Assembly: GCA_047456295.1 (NCBI GenBank)
Contig: CP179887.1
Span: 239,159 to 303,158, forward strand
Direction of reading: 5' to 3'
DNA: 64,000 nt
Source: Candidatus Nealsonbacteria bacterium
GTDB lineage: Bacteria; Patescibacteriota; Minisyncoccia; Minisyncoccales; JANBVM01
Shown here: positions 12,487 to 22,965 of the stretch, piece after piece
Position numbering within the stretch: the stretch's first letter is position 1
Layout: every line of letters starts with the position of its first letter
Made by a program: the position numbers and the translations under genes
The notes under the pieces: model-generated
What the model was told of the DNA's origin: nothing
What the model saw: only the letters and a program-made list of their open reading frames with translations
Databases searched by the model: none

Positions 12487-13173
12487 TTATCTCTCTGAAA
12501 ACTTTCTCTTTAACTCTTCAATCATTTTTGCAGCAGCATCTTTTCCTCCCAAACCAAAAGCTAATCCAAAAGCCAGAGAAATCATACCCACAAAACCCAT
12601 AACCAGGGTATTAATGATTGTCGGAGTAATTCCTAATTGAAGCAGGATTGCCAGGCCGGCAAAAACATAAATTGCCCACCTTACTGATGTTCCTAAGAAT
12701 CCTGTATATCCCAGTTCCATCTTTTTTGCTCCAGCCTTGATAACCTTTTCCAGGATATCGGTCAAAATTATCGCCACCACGAAAATGGCCACTGCTACAA
12801 TTAAATTGGGGAGCCAGCCAAGCACATCACTCAAAAAATCAGCAAATTGAACAAAACCTAAAATCTCCACTGAAGCCAGTAAAAACACAATAACTAAAAT
12901 CCATTTACAAATCCCTCCAACAAACTCTGAAGGATTAACCTTTAATTCTGCCTTGGAAAGGGCTTCTCTCCACCCGGTTCTCTCAAAGATTTGATTAAAT
13001 TTCAATCGTTTTAAAATCTCAGCTATCAGTCTTCCCACCCCCGTTGCCACCAACCAACCAATAACAAAAACGATTATTGACCCGAGGAGCCTGGGTAAAA
13101 ACAGCAAAAAACCCTGCCATGTGTTTTGTAATGCTTCAAGGGTAATTGTTGACCAGTCTTTAATCATACTCAT
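12487..13173 (-). CDS. polytopic membrane protein with conserved TM-helix repeats (CmpX/MscS-associated type)
   Basis: 228-aa ORF with repeated hydrophobic helices and an overall pattern like TM_helix-repeat proteins. The family assignment is from memory only. Confidence 0.5.
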   Translation of the reverse strand: MSMIKDWSTITLEALQNTWQGFLLFLPRLLGSIIVFVIGWLVATGVGRLIAEILKRLKFNQIFERTGWREALSKAELKVNPSEFVGGICKWILVIVFLLASVEILGFVQFADFLSDVLGWLPNLIVAVAIFVVAIILTDILEKVIKAGAKKMELGYTGFLGTSVRWAIYVFAGLAILLQLGITPTIINTLVMGFVGMISLAFGLAFGLGGKDAAAKMIEELKRKFSER

Positions 13174-13366
13174 ATAATTAATCTGAATTATATTATCTTA
13201 TTATTATATATGTAATTTGATGTATCGACCTTTAAAACCTATTGATACATTATAGCATTCTGGCAAGCAACAAAAAAGCTTGCTGTGGAAAACTAAAAAG
13301 TGGAATATTCTAAAGATTGCTTGAACATTTTTTGCCGCTTTCGGCGGCGAAAATCCTAAAACAATT

Positions 13367-14593
13367 TTATCCCTTTATTTTAAGAAAATCAATTATAGTG
13401 CGTAAATAAATTTCTGTCACCTGCTTGATGCTATTAAGATATACAAACTCATCTTTTGAATGAACATTTTCGCCATCTGGACCAAATCCGCAAACCGTTG
13501 GAATTCCTCGACCAATAAACATCCATCCATCATTCCAGGGACCGCTTCCTTCTAGCACTGGTTGATGTGCTAAAATTTGTTGAGAATGTTTAGAAAGTAA
13601 TTTAACTATTTCTTCCTCTTGAGATATCTCTACTGCGGGCACAGAAAGAATATCTTTAAGTTTGTATTTGATATTCTTACCAGCTAATTTTTCAGAGATT
13701 AACTGTTTAATTTGTTGGGCAGCATTGCTCGGCAATAATCTGACATCTCCATAAGCCTCACATCTATCAGGAATTAAATTTATTGATTTACCACCAGTAA
13801 TAATAGTAGGAAAAGAAAAAACAGGTTCTCTGTTTGGAAATATTGCTGAAGAACTAAATGGAATCTTTAAATCTTGTAATAATTGTATAATTTTCGCCAT
13901 TTCAGTGATAGCATTTTTACCTTTTTCTTTTTTTTCCCACTCGGAGGTCCCTGTATGAACAGATTCTCCAAAGGTTGTTAGTTTAAATCGATAACCCCCG
14001 CGATGACCAATGCAGATTTTTTTATTTCCCGGCTCGGCAACAATGGCCGCATCTCCTTTTAATCCTTGGTCTAAAAGATATTGGGTCCCATATTTTGAAT
14101 AAGCACCGGGTTCTTCATCAACAACAAAGGTTAAAATTAAATTTCCTTTAAGTTTCAAACCAAGACCAACTAAAGCCTTAGCTACAAAAACAAAAATTGC
14201 AAGAGAGGCTTTCATGTCTGCCGAGCCAACGCCAAACAATTTATTATCTTTTATTTCACCACTGTAAGGATTAAAAGTATAATTTTCTGGAGGAACTATG
14301 GTGTCCATGTGTCCATTCAATATCAATGTTTTTTCGCCATCACCTTTAATTTCACAAATGACATTGGGTCGATTTAAAGAAATCCCCTTGAATTTTGGGG
14401 ATAAACCTATTTCTTCAAGTTTATTTTTTATCAATTTAGCTACTTTCAGTTCAATAGGGGTATCTGATAAAGAATTTTCGGGAGTAAAAGGATTGCTACT
14501 TTTTGTTTTTACTAATTTTTGTAAAAACTTTATTTGTTCATCAAAAATTTTATCTAAAAATAATTTTATTTCATTGTCCAAATTTCTTTTCAT
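13367..14593 (-). CDS. M20-family metallopeptidase/deacylase (ArgE/DapE/CPG2 type)
   Basis: 408-aa ORF with metal-binding motifs (LNGHMDTV, GSADMK, VVDEEPG) and a C-terminal H(S)KDEF. Confidence 0.85.
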   Translation of the reverse strand: MKRNLDNEIKLFLDKIFDEQIKFLQKLVKTKSSNPFTPENSLSDTPIELKVAKLIKNKLEEIGLSPKFKGISLNRPNVICEIKGDGEKTLILNGHMDTIVPPENYTFNPYSGEIKDNKLFGVGSADMKASLAIFVFVAKALVGLGLKLKGNLILTFVVDEEPGAYSKYGTQYLLDQGLKGDAAIVAEPGNKKICIGHRGGYRFKLTTFGESVHTGTSEWEKKEKGKNAITEMAKIIQLLQDLKIPFSSSAIFPNREPVFSFPTIITGGKSINLIPDRCEAYGDVRLLPSNAAQQIKQLISEKLAGKNIKYKLKDILSVPAVEISQEEEIVKLLSKHSQQILAHQPVLEGSGPWNDGWMFIGRGIPTVCGFGPDGENVHSKDEFVYLNSIKQVTEIYLRTIIDFLKIKG

Positions 14594-14720
14594 AAAAATT
14601 TTCTTTTACCTGCCGGCAATATCGGCAGGAAATTAAAAACTAAATTTTAGCTGGAAAATCCCGTTCAATTTTGTCGCCGAGCGAAGCGAAACGACAAATA
14701 ATGGTTTGACTTTTGAAAAG

Positions 14721-14795
14721 TGGTGGACCTGGTGGGAATCGAACCCACGAGCTCCTCATTGCAAATGAGGTGTTCTACCATTAAACTACAGGCCC
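14721..14795 (-). tRNA. tRNA-Ala (anticodon UGC), CCA encoded
   Basis: The reverse complement is GGGCCTGTAGTTTAATGGTAGAACACCTCATTTGCAATGAGGAGCTCGTGGGTTCGATTCCCACCAGGTCCACCA. It folds as a cloverleaf and has the G3:U70 Ala identity pair. Confidence 0.9.
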
Positions 14796-14810
14796 GTTTT
14801 AATAACCCTG

Positions 14811-14882
14811 TGGGCACAGAAGGAGTCGAACCTTCCACCTCTTCTTTATCAGAGAAGCGTTCTACCGCTGAACTATGTGCCC
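14811..14882 (-). tRNA. tRNA-Ile (anticodon GAU)
   Basis: The reverse complement is GGGCACATAGTTCAGCGGTAGAACGCTTCTCTGATAAAGAAGAGGTGGAAGGTTCGACTCCTTCTGTGCCCA. The anticodon loop is CTGATAA. Confidence 0.9.
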
Positions 14883-15445
14883 TGTTTTTCCAACACAAAC
14901 AACTTCTTTGTTATTGGATTGAAGGTTGAAGAAACCTTTTTTTGAAAAACCAACCTCAGCCCCAGCTCTTTAAAAAGATCCTGCCATGCTTTATCTGATT
15001 TAAAACAGGTTTTGTTTCTGTTGCCAAAAATCTTATTAAAAGAAATGCCGTGGAGCTTACAAAATAATCCTGAAAAAAAACCTTCGGCCAGATCTTCGTA
15101 AATTAAAATCTTATCTCTGGTAACCCTTCTGGCTTCTTTTAATAAAGACAAGGGATCCTGGCTGTGGTGCAGCACATAAGTTATTAAAACAGCATCAAAA
15201 TTATTTTCTGGAAAAGGAAGTGATCTGCCGTCAATCTTTTTAAATGGTATGGGAAATATCCTCCTGTCTGTCACATCCACTCCTATTAATTCAGCCTGGA
15301 AAAAATCCTGAAAGGTCTTGGCCACTATTGATACACCGCAACCCACATCAAGAATCCTGGATTTCTTTTCAATAAAACCCTGACAGTCCTGACACATCTT
15401 TTTTGCTGCCCTCTGGTAGATTTTTAAAAAGGCCTGGTAATACAT
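14873..15445 (-). CDS. class I SAM-dependent methyltransferase
   Basis: 190-aa ORF with SAM motif I (ILDVGCGVS). Its stop overlaps the 5' end of tRNA-Ile. Confidence 0.8.
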   Translation of the reverse strand: MYYQAFLKIYQRAAKKMCQDCQGFIEKKSRILDVGCGVSIVAKTFQDFFQAELIGVDVTDRRIFPIPFKKIDGRSLPFPENNFDAVLITYVLHHSQDPLSLLKEARRVTRDKILIYEDLAEGFFSGLFCKLHGISFNKIFGNRNKTCFKSDKAWQDLFKELGLRLVFQKKVSSTFNPITKKLFVLEKQGT

Positions 15446-15972
15446 TACTTTCTTGGTTTTACAAAACTTCCGGTTATAATCTCGGGTATTAATCTTTTAA
15501 GAAAAGCTCCCTTGATTTTAATTGACCTGGCATAATCACCTGAATTAATAATGATGTTTGGTTGATTTAACAGGGATTTATTAACAAAGCTGGGAAAACC
15601 AAACAAATTACCAAATGGAGGGACAGCTCCAATCTTTACCCCTTTAAATCTATTCTTCATTAACCTTTCTGTAACAAATCCAATGCTCTTTACTGAATTC
15701 TGGCCATTTTTCCTGAGCCAGTTATTGATTGTTTTTTTAAATTTATTCTTGTCCAGGTTTTTATTTGCCGGAACCAGCACCACTGCTAAATCACTGTCGG
15801 TCTTTAAAACCAGGGTTTTTCCAATCATGCCTGGTTTCATTTTTAAGGTCTGGGCTTTATCAAAAGCAGTATACACTGTTTTATGTCCTATTATTTCGTA
15901 TTCAACCCTGTTTTTCTCTAAAAGATTAATTATCTTTTTAGAAATTGGCATAATAAAATAATTGTAGGCCAT
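15445..15972 (-). CDS. YbaK/EbsC-type aminoacyl-tRNA deacylase domain protein
   Basis: 175-aa ORF with a pattern typical of the YbaK/ProRS-associated editing domain (IGKTLVLK..., AVPPFGNLFG). Confidence 0.75.
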   Translation of the reverse strand: MAYNYFIMPISKKIINLLEKNRVEYEIIGHKTVYTAFDKAQTLKMKPGMIGKTLVLKTDSDLAVVLVPANKNLDKNKFKKTINNWLRKNGQNSVKSIGFVTERLMKNRFKGVKIGAVPPFGNLFGFPSFVNKSLLNQPNIIINSGDYARSIKIKGAFLKRLIPEIITGSFVKPRK

Positions 15973-15998
15973 ATTGTTGAATTTGACAAGCCAACATC

Positions 15999-16022
15999 AA
16001 AAAACCTGTAAAAAACTACAGG
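15999..16022 (-). terminator. intrinsic terminator directly downstream of the 16S rRNA
   Basis: The minus strand reads CCTGTA-gttttt-TACAGG followed by TTTTTTG. Confidence 0.6.
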
Positions 16023-16151
16023 CTGCTTGATTGAACATTATGTTTCGGTTTCTCAGAGTTGTCCTGGATCAAGATTTTAGGCTCCTTGATCAACACCTTT
16101 AGAGTTAAAACCCAAATTTACGATTTCAACCCTAGTCGACAACTCAAAATA

Positions 16152-17657
<1,506 letters not shown>

Positions 17658-17724
17658 AAAAGAATTTACAGGACAACTCTAAAAAACCGATATTTAATTT
17701 TAACGTACATCTTACTGCGCTTCT

Positions 17725-17753
17725 ATTTTACTCGTTTAAAAGAATCCTGTCAA
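17725..17753 (-). promoter_or_regulatory. candidate sigma-70 promoter of the 16S rRNA gene (TTGACA-N17-TAAAAT)
   Basis: The minus strand reads TTGACAggattcttttaaacgagTAAAAT, about 70 nt upstream of the 16S 5' end. Confidence 0.6.
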
Positions 17754-17829
17754 TATATTGTACTAAATGGGTACATTGGTAACACTTTGTGATGCTTGTA
17801 ATGAAAGTTAATTGGGGTCTCATAATTAG

Positions 17830-18090
17830 TTAAAACTGGACCACATATAGTCCTTTTTCCTCAATCTCCTTTTTCTGTTCAAAATCATCAAGATTAAACC
17901 TTAAAACATATCTCACCTTCTTCCTAATCTCTCTGCCTGTATACTGTTGTGTCTTAGGATCCCATTCTTGTAAAACAAAAATGTCTCCTTCTTTAATATC
18001 AAAATCAGCTAATCTTAATTCAAATCTTTTCTTTCCAGATTTTACTAAATCAAAGAACTCAGGGTAAGTTTTCTTTTTAATTATGGCCAT
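17830..18090 (-). CDS. ASCH/DUF3850-like (PUA-fold) small protein
   Basis: 86-aa ORF. YPEFFDLVKSGKKRFELRLADFDIKEGDIFVLQEWD...YTGREI matches my recollection of DUF3850. Confidence 0.6.
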   Translation of the reverse strand: MAIIKKKTYPEFFDLVKSGKKRFELRLADFDIKEGDIFVLQEWDPKTQQYTGREIRKKVRYVLRFNLDDFEQKKEIEEKGLYVVQF

Positions 18091-18108
18091 GAAATTGATT
18101 TATTTCTA

Positions 18109-18486
18109 TTATCTATTATACCAGTCGTCCTCTTCTGATATCTTTGTGGGATAAAAATCAAGCTGTTCTGGTGGAATATTAAGCCTACTTGCCCCATATT
18201 CTCTTGCTTCTTTCCATGTTGATTCATTATTAGGATCAAGATTAAAAATCTTTTTTTTAAAAATTACGATTAAGGTATTGCCTTCGTCATAGATATGAAA
18301 ATAATAAGGCTTGTCAGTTACCATAGCTTCCTGTATTTTCTTGCTAACTTCCCCCACAGACTCAGGGATTTCAATAATATGCAAATGCCAGTTTTGGCTT
18401 TTTGAAAACTTTGTTCTTAAGATCTTGTAATCTTTTAAGATCTCAGGGTTTTCTAGACTTTCTTCTATGACTATTGAGTGAAACAT
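18109..18486 (-). CDS. hypothetical protein
   Basis: 125-aa ORF with no motif I recognise. It is supported only by length and its compact placement. Confidence 0.45.
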   Translation of the reverse strand: MFHSIVIEESLENPEILKDYKILRTKFSKSQNWHLHIIEIPESVGEVSKKIQEAMVTDKPYYFHIYDEGNTLIVIFKKKIFNLDPNNESTWKEAREYGASRLNIPPEQLDFYPTKISEEDDWYNR

Positions 18487-18728
18487 AGGTTAAATATTAC
18501 TTTTACAGCAACATCCAGATGTTTTTCAGGTAATCTGAGAAAAGAATTTTCCAAACCCTACCCAATGAGAATTATTGTTAATGGATTTACGGAAATCCAT
18601 GAATTCCTCTTTTGTCATTTCAGCCAGAGTTTTCTTCTTCCCTTCTGGAAATTTGTCAAGCCCATTATCTCATCTTCTGTATATATATTTATTCAAAACA
18701 AGAAAGGTCAAAACCTTTCTCGGTTATA

Positions 18729-18800
18729 AGCCGGAGAGAGGAATTGAACCTCCAACCTATGGTTTACAAAACCATTGCTCTGCCATTGAGCTACTCCGGC
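18729..18800 (-). tRNA. tRNA-Thr (anticodon UGU)
   Basis: The reverse complement is GCCGGAGTAGCTCAATGGCAGAGCAATGGTTTTGTAAACCATAGGTTGGAGGTTCAATTCCTCTCTCCGGCT. Confidence 0.9.
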
Positions 18801-18805
18801 TTGAT

Positions 18806-19216
18806 TTATTTCTTGGTGGATTTCTGTATCTCCTCCCAGTAATTATCATTCTCTCTCATCTTCTTTCTGTGTCTGTTCTCCCTTAGTTTTTTAATCCAGT
18901 AAAAGGTTTTTTTGTCGGTCTTTAAAGATAGAATTCTGATCTTTGTCAAAATCTTTTGCAAAAATATATCGTAAGAAAAGTCCTTTAAAGGATTGTTTCT
19001 TTTAATCCTGTTTTTCAATCTCAAAACCAGAGGCTCTTTTTCTTTTTCACCAATATCTTCTGGTAAAGTAATCAAAAGAGGAATCTTCCTGAATATTATC
19101 GTCCCCAGGCCAACCGTGCTGCCAAATAAAATAATCTGAGCAATTATTTCACAGTTCATATTTAATAAACCTTTTAACAATGATATTCTCGCCAAACTTT
19201 GTAATGTATTCTTCAA
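18806..19216 (-). CDS. hypothetical membrane-anchored protein (start uncertain; probably Met20 at 19159)
   Basis: 136-aa ORF with one hydrophobic helix and a basic C-terminus. The 5' part overlaps the tsf 3' end. Confidence 0.4.
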   Translation of the reverse strand: MKNTLQSLARISLLKGLLNMNCEIIAQIILFGSTVGLGTIIFRKIPLLITLPEDIGEKEKEPLVLRLKNRIKRNNPLKDFSYDIFLQKILTKIRILSLKTDKKTFYWIKKLRENRHRKKMRENDNYWEEIQKSTKK

Positions 19217-19595
19217 TTAAATCCTTGATTGTTCTTGTCTGGTCCTTTATCCAGGGCTGTTTGAGAAGGGGTGTCTCTTCATCTGAAAAAGAAGCAATCT
19301 GGAGACATAATTCATGGGCTAATTTCTTAAAACCTTCTGAACGGGCAACAAAATCTGACTCACAGTTAAGTTCAATCATAACTCCCATCTTACTGCCGTT
19401 ATGGATGTAGCTGTCAATCATTCCTTCTCTTGTTTCTCTTTCAGCTCTATTTCGAGCAAAGTCCTGGCCCATTTTTCTCAAAACCTCTCTGGCTTTCTCT
19501 ATATCCCCTCCTGTTTTTTTCAGGGCTTTTTTACATTCTGTTATAGAAACCCCTGTTCTGTTGCGCAGTTGTTTAACTTGATTAATGTCTGGCAT
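19149..19595 (-). CDS. tsf: elongation factor Ts (short form)
   Basis: 148-aa ORF with the UBA-like N-terminus VKQLRNRTGVSITECKKALKKTGGDIEKAREVLRK and the TCESDFVARSE-type core (LNCESDFVARSE). Confidence 0.85.
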   Translation of the reverse strand: MPDINQVKQLRNRTGVSITECKKALKKTGGDIEKAREVLRKMGQDFARNRAERETREGMIDSYIHNGSKMGVMIELNCESDFVARSEGFKKLAHELCLQIASFSDEETPLLKQPWIKDQTRTIKDLIEEYITKFGENIIVKRFIKYEL

Positions 19596-19611
19596 AATTT
19601 AGATAACAATG

Positions 19612-20421
19612 TTATTTTTCTTTTTCTTTTTCTTTTTCCTTTTCTTTTTCTTTTTCCTTATTGGCCTTTTCTTTCGCTTTCAATATCACCTCTTTCACTT
19701 TTTCCAATATATATTTCACTGAACCTAAAGCATCGTCATTAGCTGGTATGGGATAATCAGCTAAGGTGGGATCTGTATCTGTATCTGAAATCCCTATGAC
19801 CTTTATATTTTTTTCTCTTGTTTCTTTTACTGCCAAGGCATCTTTTTTCATGCTCAAAACAAAAACAGCGTCTGGCAATCTCTCTAAATTCCTTATTCCC
19901 CCAAACTTTCTTTCAAATTTTTTCAATTCATGGTCAATTTCAGCCCTCTCTTTCTTTGTGTATTTATCCAGCTCACCCTTGGCTTTTTTCTCTTCCAAGT
20001 CCTTAAAATGACCAACCCTTTTTCTTATTACTTCAAAGTTGGTAAAGGTTCCCCCCAACCACCTCTCACTAACATAGGGAAGAGCACACTCTATGGCAAA
20101 GCCTTTCACCAAATCTTTAGACTGGATTTTTGTCCCCACCACCAGCAACACCTTATTTTCCTTGATTAGCTCTTGTATAAATTCCAAGGCCTCCTTAAAC
20201 TTCTCCTTTGTTTTCTCTAAGTCAATAATGTGAACACTGTTTCTAACCCCATACAAATAAGGTTTCATTTTGGGATGGAATTTTGAGCTCTTATGACCGA
20301 AATGCAGACCAACCTTGGCCATTTCTTCTGTATCAATATCAATATCAAAATCAATTTTCTCTGTGTCTTTTTTTACCATAATAAAAACATTTCCTTGAGA
20401 TAATCTTGAAACTTTTTTCAT
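19612..20421 (-). CDS. rpsB: 30S ribosomal protein S2 with a (KE)n C-terminal tail
   Basis: Contains GLHFGHKSSKFHPKMKPYLYG and VIGISDTDTDP. The C-terminus is KEKANKEKEKEKEKEKEKEK. The start is uncertain (possibly Met15). Confidence 0.9.
   Translation of the reverse strand: MKKVSRLSQGNVFIMVKKDTEKIDFDIDIDTEEMAKVGLHFGHKSSKFHPKMKPYLYGVRNSVHIIDLEKTKEKFKEALEFIQELIKENKVLLVVGTKIQSKDLVKGFAIECALPYVSERWLGGTFTNFEVIRKRVGHFKDLEEKKAKGELDKYTKKERAEIDHELKKFERKFGGIRNLERLPDAVFVLSMKKDALAVKETREKNIKVIGISDTDTDPTLADYPIPANDDALGSVKYILEKVKEVILKAKEKANKEKEKEKEKEKEKEK
19614..19668. repeat. short tandem TTTTTC/TTTTCT repeats encoding the (KE)n tail of S2
   Basis: Visible as tttttctttttctttttccttttctttttctttttcc. Confidence 0.8.
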
Positions 20422-20557
20422 TATAAACTAATTTTAAATATATCATCTTGGTATATTTTTGCAAGTATTAAAACCTCAATTCAGACCAGAAAATACAAAT
20501 AAAAGATTGATTTTTAATAAGAATCTGCTAATATTAATTATTAATTCAGACAAAAAT

Positions 20558-20794
20558 ATGAAAAAAGATATCCATCCAAAATACTACCAAAAGACCAGGG
20601 TAAAATGCGCTTGCGGAAATAGTTTTACCTTGGGCTCCACCCAGGAGTTTATTAAAACAGAAATCTGTTCAAAATGCCATCCTTTTTATACTGGAAAAGA
20701 AAGGGCTCTTGATACCGTGGGTCAGGTTCAGAAATTTAGAAAAAGATTGGAAAAGAAAAAGCAGATTAAAAATGCAAGAAAAAGCAGGAAATAA
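20558..20794 (+). CDS. rpmE: 50S ribosomal protein L31
   Basis: [42 protein letters not shown]. The ORF-track entry is trimmed to the ATG at 20558. Confidence 0.9.
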   Translation: MKKDIHPKYYQKTRVKCACGNSFTLGSTQEFIKTEICSKCHPFYTGKERALDTVGQVQKFRKRLEKKKQIKNARKSRK

Positions 20795-21524
20795 AAAAAA
20801 GGGAGGGGTTATTATTGAAATCAGGGCAGGAACAGGCGGAGAAGAGGCCGCCTTGTTTGCTTTGGATTTATTTAAAATGTACTCAAGATATGCTCAGGAC
20901 CAGGGCTGGAAACAGAAAATTTTAGATTCCCATCTTACCGACCTTGGGGGTTACAAACAGGTGGTGTTTGAGTTAAGGGGTGAGGGCGTGTTTTCTAAAC
21001 TAAAGTATGAAGGCGGTGTCCATCGGGTTCAAAGGATTCCTAAAACAGAAAAGTCAGAAAGAATCCATACCTCAACAGCTTCTGTAGCTGTTTTGCTGAA
21101 ACCGGAAAAAACCAAGATAAATATAAGGAGTGAAGATTTAAAGATTGACTTTTATCGGGCTTCAGGACCAGGAGGACAATACGTGAACAAAAGGGAAACA
21201 GCTGTAAGAATCACCCATCTGCCCACAGGACTTGTTACCACCTCCCAGACTGAAAGGAATCAGCTGCAGAATAAATTAAACGCAATGGCGATATTAGAAG
21301 CCAAGATTTCAGAAAAACAAGAATTTGAACAAATGGAGAAGTTCGGTAAAAAAAGAAAATCCCAGATTGGCTGGGCAAAAAGAGTAGAAAAGATAAGAAC
21401 ATATAATTTTCCCCAAAACAGAATAACCGACCACCGCATTAAAAAAAGCTGGTACAATATTGAAAAGATTATGACGGGAAAATTAGATCCAATTATTAAA
21501 GCCTTTAAAAAGTTAAAGAAATAA
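20772..21524 (+). CDS. prfA: peptide chain release factor 1 lacking the N-terminal domain 1
   Basis: The PKT (PxT-type) tripeptide in [21 protein letters not shown], the GGQ motif ([19 protein letters not shown]) and the C-terminal [12 protein letters not shown] are all present. Alignment to E. coli RF1 from memory begins at about residue 108. The start is taken as MQEKAG and overlaps the rpmE 3' end. Confidence 0.8.
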   Translation: MQEKAGNKKKGGVIIEIRAGTGGEEAALFALDLFKMYSRYAQDQGWKQKILDSHLTDLGGYKQVVFELRGEGVFSKLKYEGGVHRVQRIPKTEKSERIHTSTASVAVLLKPEKTKINIRSEDLKIDFYRASGPGGQYVNKRETAVRITHLPTGLVTTSQTERNQLQNKLNAMAILEAKISEKQEFEQMEKFGKKRKSQIGWAKRVEKIRTYNFPQNRITDHRIKKSWYNIEKIMTGKLDPIIKAFKKLKK

Positions 21525-21530
21525 ACAACC

Positions 21531-22928
21531 TTATCTCAAACCGACTGCTTCCTGACATGCAAAGGACATGGAGCCAGAATCAATAAAGGTCTGGTGGCAC
21601 CCGGCAAGATAAAGTACGTTCTTTGCATACCAAGAGCACCAATAATCATTTTTAGGATAACCGCAAAAATAACTCTGGACTGCCTTGTTTTCTGTACCGT
21701 ACCTGTCCAAACCACTCTTTAAATAGAGAGAGGCAGCTAAGGAAGCATCCCTGATGTCCCAGGGATCAGCTGCAGTTCCAGTAATCTGTTCCACTCCTTT
21801 TTTAAACCCGTATTTGGGATGAGCCCAGGTACTGGGAATAAACTGAGCAGGACCCATTGCTCCTCCCCAACCAAAACTCATGGGACAGGAAACCAGGGTC
21901 TGATAAGTATCAAGGGCCAGTCCCTTGGTCTTGTTCAAATCCTCAATGATTTGTAAAAAATAAGGTACATCTCTTGTGGGATTCATTACCCGGGAAATTG
22001 ATCTTCCATTGGAAGCTACTACTCCCTCCCCTGTTGAGGGATTTTTAAGATAACACTGACCAACATTTTTTCCAATACTGGATTCCTGGCTCAAAACTCC
22101 AAGCAAAAGAGCAGCTCGAATTCCTGTGTGAGAAGCAGCGTATTTGGCCACATTCAGGGCTTCCTCATAAGTAACAACCCTTCTGACGCCAATCAACTCA
22201 TAAATCTTTGCTCTAATTTCAGAGGCTTTTTTTTCAGCTGTTTCTTTTTTATTGAGATATTCCTGATATTCAACCTCGGTCAGCTTTAAGAAATAATCTG
22301 TTTGTTTTTTAGTAGTTTCGCTCTTTTGCTTCTGGAGTGTTTTTAACTTAACCACCCTTTCCAAATCTGTCTTTTCTTCGTCTAATAAATTCTTTTGGGT
22401 TTCCAGATTTAACTTCAGGTTTTTGATTTCTTTTAAAAACTCCTGGCTTTTTGAATTTAAGGTTTCCAAAGCAATTAAATTATTAAAAAAATCAGAAAAA
22501 TCATTTTCTGAAAGTAAAATCTCAACAAGAGATTTTTGGTCCTCCTCATAAATGTTTCTCAATATCCCCACCAGTTTTTCCTCGACATCTCCAATGTTTA
22601 AAGAGGTTTTCTCAATTGAAGATTCTGTATCTCCAATTTGGATAGTCAAATCCTTGACCACCAGATTACTCTGGTAAATTTGAAGGTTTAATTTCTCAAT
22701 CTCTTTTCTCAGAATATATATTTTATTTTGAAGGGTCTCCTTTTCCTGTTTGGTTTTTGTAATATCCTTATCATATTGGGCAATCTGCTCTTCTAATTCT
22801 TTTAACTCCTCTTCCAGGGCCTGACGTTCTTGAAGGGAATCTGTTGCCAAACCATGGAAATTTGGAAAAACAAAAGCTAACACCAATAAGAAACCTATAA
22901 GTCTTTTAATAAATTTTAAACTAATCAT
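21531..22928 (-). CDS. secreted coiled-coil protein with a C-terminal lytic transglycosylase (MltB/SLT_2-like) domain
   Basis: 465-aa ORF with a signal/TM N-terminus, ~230 aa of heptad-rich sequence, then LSQESS...GAMGPAQFIPSTW, typical of lytic murein transglycosylases. Confidence 0.65.
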   Translation of the reverse strand: MISLKFIKRLIGFLLVLAFVFPNFHGLATDSLQERQALEEELKELEEQIAQYDKDITKTKQEKETLQNKIYILRKEIEKLNLQIYQSNLVVKDLTIQIGDTESSIEKTSLNIGDVEEKLVGILRNIYEEDQKSLVEILLSENDFSDFFNNLIALETLNSKSQEFLKEIKNLKLNLETQKNLLDEEKTDLERVVKLKTLQKQKSETTKKQTDYFLKLTEVEYQEYLNKKETAEKKASEIRAKIYELIGVRRVVTYEEALNVAKYAASHTGIRAALLLGVLSQESSIGKNVGQCYLKNPSTGEGVVASNGRSISRVMNPTRDVPYFLQIIEDLNKTKGLALDTYQTLVSCPMSFGWGGAMGPAQFIPSTWAHPKYGFKKGVEQITGTAADPWDIRDASLAASLYLKSGLDRYGTENKAVQSYFCGYPKNDYWCSWYAKNVLYLAGCHQTFIDSGSMSFACQEAVGLR

Positions 22929-22965
22929 TCTTGCTAACTTATAATAAGGATTAATTTGCCAAATA

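Noticed and set aside
14665-14929. ORFs 14665-14898 (-) and 14720-14929 (+)
   Set aside because: They are read-throughs of the tRNA-Ala and tRNA-Ile genes. The peptide strings (GIEPTSS, GVEPSTS) are the usual tRNA translation artefacts. The same applies to 18575-18886 and 18612-18842 (tRNA-Thr), and to 62442-62669 and 62699-62881 (tRNA cluster).
21121-21240. Near-identical peptide segment in RF1 and RF2 ([30 protein letters not shown]) considered as recent gene conversion
   Set aside because: The nucleotide sequences differ at many synonymous third positions. The identity is therefore at the protein level only (purifying selection), not recent DNA exchange.
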